DNA of 64,000 nucleotides from Thermoanaerobaculia bacterium. GTDB lineage: Bacteria > Acidobacteriota > Thermoanaerobaculia > Multivoradales > Multivoraceae. The stretch spans positions 2,688,001-2,752,000 of the forward strand of contig OY761158.1 in NCBI GenBank assembly GCA_963664405.1, in the 5' to 3' direction. The notes beneath the pieces are model-generated. The model had not been told where the DNA came from. It worked only from the letters and a program-made list of their open reading frames with translations, and did not search any database. Every line of letters starts with the position of its first letter. Position 1 is the stretch's first letter. Made by a program: the position numbers and the translations under genes. Below are positions 1 through 10,382 of the stretch, piece by piece.

Positions 1-838
1 CCACAGCGATCTCGAGGTGGAGCTCGTGCCGATCATCACCCGGGGTGACACCACTCCAGGCTCACTCGCAGCCCTTGGAGGGAAAGGTCTCTTCACAGAA
101 GAATTGGAAAAAAGGCTACTCCAAGGTTCAATCGACCTGGCCGTGCACAGCCTCAAGGACCTGCCGGTGATGCTGCCCAGCGGTCTTCTCATCGGCGCCT
201 ACCCGGAACGGGCGGACCCCCGCGACGTTCTCGTCAGCGAAAGAGCCGACAGCACCGAGGGACTGGCTCCCGGAGCGCGTGTTCTCACTGGGTCCTTACG
301 CCGCCGGGCACAGCTCCTCGCCCAGCGCCCCGACCTGCAGGTGGAGGACATCCGAGGCAACGTCGACACCCGCTTGCAAAAGTGGCGCGAGTCGGGAGCC
401 GACGGCCTGATCCTCGCGGCAGCCGGTTTGGCGCGCCTCGGCCTTGGCGCTCCCGACGTCCCCGCCCATCCTCTGCCGCCGGAGGTCATGGTCCCTTCCC
501 CGGGTCAGGGAACTCTGGCAATCGAGGTCGCCAACGGCTCCAAAGCCCACGAGCTGAGCGGTCTACTCAACCATCCGCCGACCGCACGCGCCTCCGAGGC
601 CGAAAGAAGAGTCGTCGAGAGCTTCGGTGGCGACTGCGCGCTCCCCCTTGGAGCGTGGGGGCGATGCGACGGTGAAGCGGCGACGATGAGCCTCACTGTC
701 TTCTTGGCCGCCGTCGACTCGGAACGATGGGTCTCCGCTACCGTCAGCGCCACAGGGCCCAGCGACACAGCCGACCTCGCCGTCTACGAGCTCCGCCAGC
801 AGGGGGCGCATGATCTCCTGAAACGTCACGGACCATGA
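1..838 (+). CDS. hemC: Hydroxymethylbilane synthase (porphobilinogen deaminase), 5' end outside the window
   Basis: GGKGLFT, DLAVHSLKD, RRAQL, IRGNVDTRL and GDCALPLG motifs; the frame is open to the window edge; hemD follows. Confidence 0.97.
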   Translation, partial: HSDLEVELVPIITRGDTTPGSLAALGGKGLFTEELEKRLLQGSIDLAVHSLKDLPVMLPSGLLIGAYPERADPRDVLVSERADSTEGLAPGARVLTGSLRRRAQLLAQRPDLQVEDIRGNVDTRLQKWRESGADGLILAAAGLARLGLGAPDVPAHPLPPEVMVPSPGQGTLAIEVANGSKAHELSGLLNHPPTARASEAERRVVESFGGDCALPLGAWGRCDGEAATMSLTVFLAAVDSERWVSATVSATGPSDTADLAVYELRQQGAHDLLKRHGP

Positions 839-1605
839 GCAGCGGCTCGCTCGACGGCGTTCGCGTGGTCGTAACCCGAGCGACAAAACAGGCCGCGAAC
901 TTGATTTCGCTGTTTCAGGCAGAAGGAGCCCGGGTCGAGCCACTTCCACTCCTCGAGATCGGTTCGCCGGCAGATCCGAGGGCACTCGAAAGAGCGCTCT
1001 CAGAGCTCCCTCTCTATGACTGGATCGTCTTCACTTCGGCGAACTCGGTGGAAGCGCTGCTTGGCTCGGTCGCCGGCCATCTTCCCTCTCGCTCTCGAGT
1101 CGCCGCCTTGGGCGATGCGACTTCGAGAGCCCTCGCAAGGCTCGGCATCGAACCGGACCTGGTTGGTGCCAAGCCGCGGGCCGAAGGACTCGTCACTACC
1201 CTGGGCCCCCACGTGGCCCGCCGACGAAGGGTCCTCCTGCCGCAGGCCGAGGACGCACGCAACACACTAGAGAAAGGGCTCAGTGCAGCTGGTGCGGATG
1301 TGGTCCGCGTCGATGCTTACAGAAAGGTCATCCCGCAGGCGACACTCGAGCGCGCGAACCAGATCTTCGCAGATGGGCCCTGGGGGTGGGTGACTTTCAC
1401 CAGCCCCAGTACCGTGCGGAACCTGGCCCGACTTCTCCACACGCAGTGGGAGGCGGGCAGAGAGAGCCTCTTGTCGGCTTCGATCGGTCCGATCACGAGC
1501 ACCGAACTGAGAAAGTGTGGCCTCGAGCCCACAGCGCAGGCGAGCGCCCCCTCAGACGAGGATCTACTGAAATCCGTTCTCGAAGCCGCGGCCGAGAGAA
1601 ACTAG
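835..1605 (+). CDS. hemD: Uroporphyrinogen-III synthase
   Basis: VVVTRA, WIVFTSANSV, FTSPSTV and SIGPITS motifs; ATGA overlap with hemC. Confidence 0.93.
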   Translation: MSSGSLDGVRVVVTRATKQAANLISLFQAEGARVEPLPLLEIGSPADPRALERALSELPLYDWIVFTSANSVEALLGSVAGHLPSRSRVAALGDATSRALARLGIEPDLVGAKPRAEGLVTTLGPHVARRRRVLLPQAEDARNTLEKGLSAAGADVVRVDAYRKVIPQATLERANQIFADGPWGWVTFTSPSTVRNLARLLHTQWEAGRESLLSASIGPITSTELRKCGLEPTAQASAPSDEDLLKSVLEAAAERN

Positions 1606-1910
1606 CGAAGAGCTTCTTGGCAGCTGCGAAAGCGGCCGAAGAAGGTCTGCATCGACTCTGCCAGGGCCTCGTCATTCAGACGGTAGATCACGTTCTGACC
1701 ACGACGCTGATCAAGAACGAGGTCTGCCTCCTTCAGGACGGAGAGGTGGCGAGAGATCGTCGGCTGCGACAGGCTGAATTTCTGGACGATCTCACCGACC
1801 GTGCGCTGTTCGCCCTCTAGAAGCTGAAGAATCTGTTGCCGTGTTCCGTCCGACAAGGCCTTGAAAACCTTGGTTACGTGACGATCATTCAAACTGGGCC
1901 AAGTGTCCAT
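1602..1910 (-). CDS. ArsR/SmtB family transcriptional regulator
   Basis: FKALSDGTRQQIL...SQPTISRHLSVLKEADLV...RRGQNVIYRL. The start at ATG 1910 follows AAGGAG. Confidence 0.9.
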   Translation of the reverse strand: MDTWPSLNDRHVTKVFKALSDGTRQQILQLLEGEQRTVGEIVQKFSLSQPTISRHLSVLKEADLVLDQRRGQNVIYRLNDEALAESMQTFFGRFRSCQEALR

Positions 1911-2208
1911 ATTAATATCTCCTTGCATCCCTCATTGGAAGAGCAGTGTACGCCCACCTCTTGAGATATTCTTGAAAAATAGCTCATCTGAGCGTCCTTA
2001 CATGCTAACTCAATTGGCGGTTACGTGCAAGCTTCTCAATATTCGAACTTTAGCCGATGGCGATTTGCCCCTGTATCCAACTCTCAAGATAGGAACCAGA
2101 AGAGAGAACGTTGCCAAAACGCAGATCGGGCACCCCTACTCCGCACTGATTTGCGTTTCGGGACGCCCGAAGGTCGGTCACGACCGGCTGCAGCGGAAAA
2201 CTGTGGCC

Positions 2209-2817
<609 letters not shown>

Positions 2818-3001
2818 CGCGAATCTCCCTTTCTACGTATTTTCGGGTTGCGGTCGAAAGCAGAAAACCAGTGCTGTATTGTGTCACGGCGTAGGAAGTG
2901 ATCGCTATCGCTTCCTCACGAGCATTCGTCGGCACAGAGATCACAGAGCTCGATTGACTTGCGGATCGAGCCTCCCTTATCATTGGCCGCCCTGGCGGTG
3001 A

Positions 3002-3078
3002 GGGAGGTTAGCTCAGCTGGTTAGAGCACCTGCTTTACACGCAGGGGGTCGCGGGTTCGAGTCCCCCACCTCCCACCA
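3002..3078 (+). tRNA. tRNA-Val (anticodon TAC)
   Basis: Cloverleaf GGGAGGT...ACCTCCC-A-CCA; anticodon arm CCTGC-TTTACAC-GCAGG; GGTTCGAGTCC T-loop. Confidence 0.96.
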
Positions 3079-3112
3079 GGCAGTTCAGACGCGAGGACGC
3101 TAACAAAGAAAC

Positions 3113-3189
3113 GGGGCCGTGGTTTAGCTGGTTAGAACGCCGGCCTGTCACGCCGGAGATCGCGGGTTCGAGTCCCGTCGGCCCCGCCA
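3113..3189 (+). tRNA. tRNA-Asp (anticodon GTC)
   Basis: GGGGCCG...CGGCCCC-G-CCA; anticodon arm CCGGC-CTGTCAC-GCCGG. Confidence 0.96.
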
Positions 3190-3243
3190 TCACCCCTCGC
3201 ACGGATGTAGACCGAACGAAAAGATAGAGAGAAGGGGCCTGAA

Positions 3244-3399
3244 ATGCGCGAAAAGATCAAGCTCGTCTCGAGTGCCGGCACGGGCTACTTCTATACAACG
3301 ACCAAGAACAAGAAGCTCTCGAACGAGAAGCTCAAGTTGAAGAAGTACGACCCCAAGATCCGTAAGCACGTCGAGTTCGTCGAAGAAAAGATGCGGTGA
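3244..3399 (+). CDS. rpmG: 50S ribosomal protein L33 (51 aa, not in the ORF track), Cys-less type
   Basis: Manual translation: [51 protein letters not shown]. Confidence 0.95.
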   Translation: MREKIKLVSSAGTGYFYTTTKNKKLSNEKLKLKKYDPKIRKHVEFVEEKMR

Positions 3400-3401
3400 C
3401 G

Positions 3402-3430
3402 AAAGGAGTGGTGGGATGCGCCACTCCTTT
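3402..3430. terminator. Probable bidirectional intrinsic terminator
   Basis: AAAGGAGTGG...CCACTCCTTT 10-bp stem between the convergent rpmG and sigma genes. Confidence 0.7.
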
Positions 3431-3469
3431 GCCCTGAGGCTTCCCGCGCCGAGGACGCCGTTGCGCAGG

Positions 3470-4099
3470 CTAACGCCGCGGAACGGCGACGCCTCGCTGT
3501 TCGAGACGTCGACGCTGTCGTGAGACGACGGAGTCGATGCTTCCGGCTTTCAGGCCAAAGTCACATCCCTCGGCGATCTCGCGGCTAGTCCAGCCGTCCA
3601 GGACCGCAAGCTCGAAGATGGCGAGATCTCGGTCGCGGTCCGGTCCGCTGACCACCTCGCCACAGCTGCGCACCAAGGCATCGCGTATCTCGCGTCGTAA
3701 GCAGACCACCTCTGGGGAGGCGCTCTTGTCGACGATTCTCTCCACGTTCGCGGGCGCCAGCGCCCCCATCAAGGCACGCCTCTTTACCGCTCGCCGAGAA
3801 CGAGAGCGATCTTGGACCGCGCTGTCGCACACGCACTGCAAATAGCGCTTCACCTGCCCCTCGGTCTCACCTCGGAAAGAAGAGCGCCCGCGCCGAGTTC
3901 TCTCCAGCAGACGGTAGTAGACATCCTGCACCAGATCTTCCACGTCCTCCGGCACACAACTCTCGGCCAAGCGACGCAGGGCTCGGCGAACACCCTGTCG
4001 AATGCGCGGGCCGAAGCAATCGACGAAGGCCTCCCAGGCCAACTCGTCCTGGCTCCTGGCACACAAATGGAACAGCTCCACGGCGGGGACTACGCTCAT
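3470..4099 (-). CDS. ECF-type RNA polymerase sigma factor
   Basis: AWEAFVD...EDVEDLVQDVYYRL (region 2) and GWTSREIAE...SRQRRRL (region 4). The start at MSVVP (4099) is preferred over 4222. Confidence 0.8.
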   Translation of the reverse strand: MSVVPAVELFHLCARSQDELAWEAFVDCFGPRIRQGVRRALRRLAESCVPEDVEDLVQDVYYRLLERTRRGRSSFRGETEGQVKRYLQCVCDSAVQDRSRSRRAVKRRALMGALAPANVERIVDKSASPEVVCLRREIRDALVRSCGEVVSGPDRDRDLAIFELAVLDGWTSREIAEGCDFGLKAGSIDSVVSRQRRRLEQRGVAVPRR

Positions 4100-4386
4100 T
4101 TTCCACTCCCTGAGAATGGGAGCGGAGGGCCTTTTAGAACGAAAGATGCCGGGCCGAAAGAGCCACAGCAGGAGGGAGAAGCAGTGTAGCAGACGGAAAA
4201 CGGCTATAATGGCCTGCTCCAACCCACGTTCGACATTGACTTTTTCGGCTATTCATCGATAAAATGCATAATTCGTATAAGGTAATACATACGCGCGGCT
4301 GCACACGAGACCTCTATTTCGACAGCGCTGGAGCGCCCGGTCAGTAGCGTCTAGCAACCCTCACGGGAGTCAAGGAGAGAACAAAC

Positions 4387-5634
4387 ATGAAGGCACGAGC
4401 ACACCTCCCAGCATTGGCGATGGTTCTGGCCTTACTCGCAACCCCCGTGTTGGGAGGCGATGTTGGACCGTGTACCGATGGCGGCTTGCCAAACGTCGAC
4501 CCCAGCGCTCCTTTCGGTTACTTCGGAGGCGCACTCGGCGGAGGCAACTCAGCTGCGGGCTCGCAGCCCGTCCTCGGCTGGGCCATGTCCCAGGCCGGAG
4601 TCGCGTACGTACAAATCCTCGTCGACGGCACGTCCGCCATGACCGCCGCCTACGGACGAAACCGGCCGGGCCTTTCGAACCTCTTTCCCGGCTTTCCCGG
4701 CGGTGACAACGTGGGCTTCGGCGCCCGCCTCGACACCACACGCTACCTGAACGATATGCACCAGGTTACGGCGAAGGTCGTTGCCAACGACGGCAAAGTG
4801 ACCATACTCAACACGCAGGACATCGAGTTCCTCAACACCACTCACAATCTCGTGCCTTTCGGGCTGATCGAGACGCCTCAAGAAAATGCCACCCTCCTCG
4901 GCCGTTGTGATGTCGGCAACCAGAACCGCTTCTACACCATCGTAGAAGGCTACGCCTTGGACTCGGGGTTGGAGACCGGAGATCACGGAGTCGGGTACGT
5001 CGAGCTCTTGATCGACGGAGTCATCCAGTTCAACACCAGGCGTGATTGCACCGTAAATCCCGACGCAGGCGGCCTCATGAACTGCTACGGGTTGGTCCGC
5101 CTGAACCTCTCGAACCAGTTTCCGAATCTCAAAGATGCACCGAACGCCGGCTACCGATTCGCCATCGACGTGGGCTGGCTGATCGATTTCGGTCTGGTTC
5201 GCGGGCACCACACTCTGACGGTTCGCGCTGGCGACATCTCGGGCCAGACTGCCAACATCGACGAGATCCCGGTTACCTTTTCCTGCATCGAGGACACACC
5301 GAACCACGACGCCTTCGGCCGAGTGGAAATACCTGGCCGCCTCGTTTCCGGAACGATCACGCCGCAAGGCTGGGCTCTGGACCTAGAAGGGATCAACAAG
5401 CTCCAGGTCTTCATCGACGGCCAGCTGGCAGGCGACGCCACTCTCGGCTTTCCACGCCCCGAAATCTCGGCGGCCTATCCTGGCTACCCGGACAGCGCGG
5501 CTCCCGGATGGATGTACCTGCTCGACACAGCGACTCTGGCGAACGGTCCGCACCGGATCCAGGCACTCGTTCAGGATCTAGTGGGCTTCGTCACCCTCCT
5601 GGGCGAGGTGCAGTTCACCGTCGACAATCAGTAA
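4387..5634 (+). CDS. Secreted protein with three repeated beta-rich (Ig-like) modules
   Basis: Signal peptide; the motif G[WY]A[LM]...V.[IL].[IV]DG...R......P..P....G[FYW]...[LI]D recurs three times; RBS AAGGAG. Confidence 0.7.
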   Translation: MKARAHLPALAMVLALLATPVLGGDVGPCTDGGLPNVDPSAPFGYFGGALGGGNSAAGSQPVLGWAMSQAGVAYVQILVDGTSAMTAAYGRNRPGLSNLFPGFPGGDNVGFGARLDTTRYLNDMHQVTAKVVANDGKVTILNTQDIEFLNTTHNLVPFGLIETPQENATLLGRCDVGNQNRFYTIVEGYALDSGLETGDHGVGYVELLIDGVIQFNTRRDCTVNPDAGGLMNCYGLVRLNLSNQFPNLKDAPNAGYRFAIDVGWLIDFGLVRGHHTLTVRAGDISGQTANIDEIPVTFSCIEDTPNHDAFGRVEIPGRLVSGTITPQGWALDLEGINKLQVFIDGQLAGDATLGFPRPEISAAYPGYPDSAAPGWMYLLDTATLANGPHRIQALVQDLVGFVTLLGEVQFTVDNQ

Positions 5635-5786
5635 CAGCTTTGAACGACGGCAAACCGCGACTGCACGAAGCCACGGCGAATCCCTAAATACGGCTGAGAC
5701 CTCTTCTGCTTCCCGGGATCGGGAAGAGAAGGGGTCTTCGCTTTTCTACCCGAGGCTTCGAGCCCGGGGAGCGAGCCCCGCCCGCC

Positions 5787-7394
5787 CTAGTGGCCGGCAG
5801 CGACCTGTCCGCCGCCGGTTCTCTCGATGGACTGCACCGCTCCCCTGGTCTCGAGCAGCTCTTTAGCTTCGGGAAAGCTCTCGAAAGCTCTCTTGATCTG
5901 GATGTCGTTGCGGGCAAGCACTCGATGTCCATCGGTTACGCCGAAAGCGGCGTTGAAGATCTCGTAGTGGATCTGGACCAGCGCGTGACGCTCAGCCTCG
6001 GGGTCCGACAGAGCTTCTTCGATGTCTTCGTCGCTGCCCAGAGACTCTCGCTTCAACCACGTCTTGAAGGCCGAGGTCACTTCCGCCCCAGGCTCCCAGT
6101 CTCGGCTGGTCACGGGGTTCTTGGCGAGGTAGTCGACGGCGAAATTGAGAAAAGCGGCACGGCTGCGAAGGAATTGGAGGAAGACCGGTAACAGCTCGGG
6201 CTGGGCCGAAACGTCTGGGGTGATGCCACCGCCGCCGTAAACCTTGCGCCCGAGGTCGGTCTCGTAGACCTCCTCCTCTTCGCGCTCTTCGGTCTCCTCG
6301 GCCCCGTAGTCCGCGTAGTAATCCCAATAGGAGCTGTAGTCCCTCTGGATCAGCCGCCCCGAGGGGGTGTAGTACTTCGCCGTTGTGAGTGCGACGGCGG
6401 CGCCGTAGGGGAGGCTGAAGACCGTCTGAACGAGGCCCTTGCCCCAGGTGTCGTCGCCCACGACCAATCCGACGTCGTGATCCTGAATCGCGCCGGAGAG
6501 AATCTCCGCCGCCGATGCCGTCCCCCCGTTGACGAGTACGACCACCGGCAGGCCGAGCTCTTCGTACTTGCCAGAAGAGAAGTAGGTGCTGTGAGAGGTA
6601 CGGAGGCGCCCGCGAGTCTCGACAATCTTGCTCTCCCCCGGCACGAACTGGTCAGCCACCTCGATGGCCTGGTCGAGCAGGCCTCCGCCGTTGTTGCGCA
6701 GATCGAGGATGAGTCTCTCCATTCCCTGTTCCTTGAGGCCCTTGAGAGCCTCGGCAACCTCACGGCCGGTCGAGCGAGAAAAATCACGAATCATGAGGTA
6801 GCCGGTCTCCGGCGTCAGCATGTATTCGTAAGAAACGGTGTCCTGAGTCACTTCAGCACGAGTCACGGTCAGCTCGAGCGGGTTGTCGAGACCGCGACGA
6901 ACAATGCTGATCCGCACCTGGGTATCTTTCGGCCCTTTGAGCTTTCTGACGGCCTCATCGAGGGCCATCGTCTCGGTCGGCTCGCCTTCGATTCGACCGA
7001 TAACGTCTCCCGCGCGCATGCCCAGGCGATGGGCCGGGCTGCCCGGGATCGGTGTGATCACGGTCAGCTTCCCACCTCTCACGCCCACCAGGATGCCGAG
7101 GCCGTAGAAGCTGCCCTGCTGGCGATCCCTCATCGAAGTGTAGGCGTCGGGACTGAGAAAATTGGTATGCGGATCGAGACCTCGAAGCATTCCTCGGATC
7201 GAGGAGTAGACGAGGTCCTTGTACTCGACCTCGACACCGTAAAGCTCGCTCGACTTCTCGAGCAGCTCGGTGTACAGCCGGAGCCGATCCCGGGTTTGCT
7301 CGTTGAGCGCGAGAAGGCTCTCGCCCGCGAAAGCACCCACCAGAATCGCGATCAGAAAGAGTGAAGCAGCGGCGAGACGCCAAGTATTGCGCAT
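5787..7394 (-). CDS. S41 family carboxy-terminal processing protease with PDZ domain
   Basis: LDPHT, DLRNNGGG, TASAAEI, GKGLVQ and TTAKYYTPSGR motifs. Confidence 0.95.
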   Translation of the reverse strand: MRNTWRLAAASLFLIAILVGAFAGESLLALNEQTRDRLRLYTELLEKSSELYGVEVEYKDLVYSSIRGMLRGLDPHTNFLSPDAYTSMRDRQQGSFYGLGILVGVRGGKLTVITPIPGSPAHRLGMRAGDVIGRIEGEPTETMALDEAVRKLKGPKDTQVRISIVRRGLDNPLELTVTRAEVTQDTVSYEYMLTPETGYLMIRDFSRSTGREVAEALKGLKEQGMERLILDLRNNGGGLLDQAIEVADQFVPGESKIVETRGRLRTSHSTYFSSGKYEELGLPVVVLVNGGTASAAEILSGAIQDHDVGLVVGDDTWGKGLVQTVFSLPYGAAVALTTAKYYTPSGRLIQRDYSSYWDYYADYGAEETEEREEEEVYETDLGRKVYGGGGITPDVSAQPELLPVFLQFLRSRAAFLNFAVDYLAKNPVTSRDWEPGAEVTSAFKTWLKRESLGSDEDIEEALSDPEAERHALVQIHYEIFNAAFGVTDGHRVLARNDIQIKRAFESFPEAKELLETRGAVQSIERTGGGQVAAGH

Positions 7395-7514
7395 TGGCCG
7401 ATTCTAACATCGCCGCCGACAGGCCGGCGACGACGGAGACCGAGGAACGACTCAAGGGCCCTACGGAGGCGGCCGACTTGACTTTCCCGACCTCCGAGCC
7501 CATGATCTTTCGGC

Positions 7515-7748
7515 ATGTTTGGCTCGCTCGGCTTTCAAGAGATCCTCATTATCTTGGCGCTGGCCCTATTGATCTTCGGGCCGCGGAAGCTGCCGGAAAT
7601 CGGCCGCACCCTAGGCAAGAGCTTGGGCGAGTTCCGCCGTGCCACCAACGAGCTCAAGCGTTCCATCGAGCAAGAGGTACGAGCCGAGGAAGTCAAAACG
7701 CCCCCGCAGCCCTCGACGACTACCACCGACTCCTCCTCCGACCCCTAA
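7515..7748 (+). CDS. tatA: Tat translocase TatA/TatB family subunit
   Basis: GFQEILIILALALLIFGPRKLPEIGR; lies upstream of tatC. Confidence 0.88.
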   Translation: MFGSLGFQEILIILALALLIFGPRKLPEIGRTLGKSLGEFRRATNELKRSIEQEVRAEEVKTPPQPSTTTTDSSSDP

Positions 7749-7763
7749 CCGACCGACAGCGAA

Positions 7764-8555
7764 GTGACCGAGCTCGAATCGCAGCCGCCCGAGCTGCTTG
7801 ACGGGGACGCCCCAGACGAGCCGGTCGAAGAGCTCACCAGGATGACCCTCCTCGGCCATCTGGAAGAGCTCCGCAGCCGCATCATCCGCTGCCTGATCGC
7901 GGCGATCATCGCCTTCGTCGCCTGTTTTGCATTCGTCAAAGACATCTACCGCTTCCTCGAGAGGCCGATCCTCAATGTGCTCCCCGAGGGAGAGAAGCTG
8001 GTCTTTCTCAAGATCACCGACCCGCTGTTTCTGTACGTCAAGGTCTCCGCGCTCGTCGGCCTGTTTCTGATTTCACCTTATCTACTCTTCCAGGTCTGGC
8101 GCTTCGTGGCTCCGGGGCTCTACAAGAACGAAAGACGATACTCGATACCCTTCGTCTTCTTCGGCTCCACCTTTTTCCTCGCCGGCGGCACCTTTGCCTA
8201 TCTCGTTGCCTTTCCTTTCGCGGTCGAGTTTCTGATCAAGGTCGGCGAAGATAACTTCAAGGCCGCAGTGACGGGGCACAGCTACTTCAGCTTCCTCATG
8301 ACCGTGATCCTGGGCATGGGCCTGATGTTCGAGCTGCCGATCTTCATCCTCGTCCTCTCCCAGATCGGCCTCGTCACTCCACGCTTCCTACTGAGGAACT
8401 TCCGCTGGGCTGTCCTGATCATCTTCGTGGTCTCCGCCATCATCACCCCGACCGGAGACCCGATCAACCTGCTCATCTTCGCCGTGCCGACGATAGTTCT
8501 CTATCTATTGGGCATAGCCGTAGCTGCCGTCTTCACCAAAAAGCAAGCAGAGTAG
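7764..8555 (+). CDS. tatC: Tat translocase subunit TatC
   Basis: MTLLGHLEELRSR, FVAPGLYKNE, FELP and AIITPTGDP motifs. Confidence 0.96.
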   Translation: MTELESQPPELLDGDAPDEPVEELTRMTLLGHLEELRSRIIRCLIAAIIAFVACFAFVKDIYRFLERPILNVLPEGEKLVFLKITDPLFLYVKVSALVGLFLISPYLLFQVWRFVAPGLYKNERRYSIPFVFFGSTFFLAGGTFAYLVAFPFAVEFLIKVGEDNFKAAVTGHSYFSFLMTVILGMGLMFELPIFILVLSQIGLVTPRFLLRNFRWAVLIIFVVSAIITPTGDPINLLIFAVPTIVLYLLGIAVAAVFTKKQAE

Positions 8556-8568
8556 CCGGTTCGGCCCA

Positions 8569-9549
8569 CTACTTCTGAGGCTGCTCTACGCGCAACAGAT
8601 CGTGAATATGCACGATACCTTCTAGGCGCCCCTCATCGTCGCAGACGAATAGGCTGGTGATGAGCCCCCCCATTCTCTCGAGGGCCGTTGAAGCGAGCTC
8701 TTCAGCATCGATGGTCTTGGGGTTCGGAGTCATACAGGAGGCCGCATCGCGATCGAGAAGATCCCGCTCTCTGACAAGCACTCGCCGCAGGTCGCCATCC
8801 GTGATCGCTCCAAGCAACACCCCGTCGTCGTCGGTGACCGCGGTGATGCCAAGTGCCTTGCTGGACATCTCGAGAAGCGCCTCGGGCATTCCAGTGCCTA
8901 CGCCCACGCGCGGCACCCGATCGCCCGTGCGCATGGCGCCTCGCACCCGCATCAGTCGACGCCCAAGCGCCCCTCCGGGGTGAACGCGAGCGAAGTCCTC
9001 TTGCGTAAAGCCCTGAGCCTCCTGCAGCGCCATCGCTAGAGCATCGCCGAGAGCGAGTAGCGCCGTAGTCGAGGCCGTCGGAGCGAGGTTGAGAGGACAG
9101 GCCTCTTGATCGATGGCAGTGGCGAGATGAATGTCGGCGAGCTGCGCCAGAGGGCTCGTCGCATCTCCGGTGAACACCACGAGTGGGACCGAGAGCACCT
9201 TCAACACTTCGGCGAGTCGGAGGAGCTCATCCGTCCGCCCGGTGAAGGAGGCCGCAAGAACGACATCTCCTTCGACGATGGCGCCGAGATCACCGTGGAT
9301 AGCTTCGGCGGGATGGAGAAAAAGAGCCGGGGTTCCGTTGGACGAGAACGTCGCCGCCACTTTTCGCATCACCAAGCCGCTCTTGCCCATACCCGTGCAG
9401 ACCACCCGGCCGGGGGCTCCGCTGATGAGCTCGACCGCATGCTCGAATGCCTCATCGACCTGCGGCAACAAGCCCAGAATAGCGGCGGCCTCGATCTCGA
9501 GAACATTCCGCGCCACTTCCAGCGCGCTTCGCTGCGGCTTCTGACTCAT
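8569..9549 (-). CDS. kdsD: Arabinose-5-phosphate isomerase (SIS + CBS domains)
   Basis: GMGKSG, HPAEAIHGDLG, EACPLNLAPTAS and HPGGALG motifs, plus a C-terminal CBS pair. Confidence 0.93.
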   Translation of the reverse strand: MSQKPQRSALEVARNVLEIEAAAILGLLPQVDEAFEHAVELISGAPGRVVCTGMGKSGLVMRKVAATFSSNGTPALFLHPAEAIHGDLGAIVEGDVVLAASFTGRTDELLRLAEVLKVLSVPLVVFTGDATSPLAQLADIHLATAIDQEACPLNLAPTASTTALLALGDALAMALQEAQGFTQEDFARVHPGGALGRRLMRVRGAMRTGDRVPRVGVGTGMPEALLEMSSKALGITAVTDDDGVLLGAITDGDLRRVLVRERDLLDRDAASCMTPNPKTIDAEELASTALERMGGLITSLFVCDDEGRLEGIVHIHDLLRVEQPQK

Positions 9550-10382
9550 ACCCGGGGGCCCTGCGCCAGCAAGGCACGGCGCAGCGCGATCACCGACTCG
9601 AGGAGTACCTCCGCGCGTGTAGGATCGAGTTGTGTCGCGCTGTCCGACAGTGCCTCCTCCGGGCGCGGGTGCACCTCCAAGAAGATCCCGTCGGCACCAG
9701 CCGCGACCGCGGCGCGCGCCAGCGGTTCGGCAAACTCTCGTTGCCCCCCGCTCCCGCGCTCACCAGCGCCGGGTAGCTGCAGGGAGTGAGTCACGTCGTA
9801 AATGACCGGGATTCCGTCTCGTTGCATCCGGGCGAAGGCTCGCATATCGACCACCAGATTACGATAGCCGAACGAGGTGCCACGCTCGATAACGACGACA
9901 CGCTGGTTACCGGTCTCTCGCACCTTCTCGACCACACGCAGCATGTCCTCCGGAGCCATGAACTGGCCCTTCTTGATCGCAATGCCTCGCTTGGTGCGGG
10001 CGGCCGCCACCAAGAGATCGGTCTGGCGGCAGAGAAACGCGGGGATCTGCAAAACGTCGCAAACCTCGGCAACAGCCTCGCACTGCGCCGGCTCATGGAC
10101 ATCGGTCAGTACCGGCAAGCCCGTAGTGGTCTTGACCACCTGCAAGATACGTAGCCCTTCGACGAGACCCGGGCCGCGAAAACTCTCGAGCGCGCTACGG
10201 TTCGCCTTGTCGAACGACGACTTGTAGATCAGAGGAGCGCCCAGGCGATGGCTGATCGCCGCCAGGGTCTGCGCCGTCTCGATCGCCGTCTCTTCCGACT
10301 CGATCACGCAAGGGCCCGAGATCCATGGAAAAGACTCCCTCCCGGTCGTAACTCCCGGTGCAAGATCGACCTCGAGGGTCAT
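9546..10382 (-). CDS. kdsA: KDO 8-phosphate synthase
   Basis: GPCVIES, KSSFDKANRS, QIPAFLCRQT and DVTHSLQLPG motifs. Confidence 0.97.
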   Translation of the reverse strand: MTLEVDLAPGVTTGRESFPWISGPCVIESEETAIETAQTLAAISHRLGAPLIYKSSFDKANRSALESFRGPGLVEGLRILQVVKTTTGLPVLTDVHEPAQCEAVAEVCDVLQIPAFLCRQTDLLVAAARTKRGIAIKKGQFMAPEDMLRVVEKVRETGNQRVVVIERGTSFGYRNLVVDMRAFARMQRDGIPVIYDVTHSLQLPGAGERGSGGQREFAEPLARAAVAAGADGIFLEVHPRPEEALSDSATQLDPTRAEVLLESVIALRRALLAQGPRV

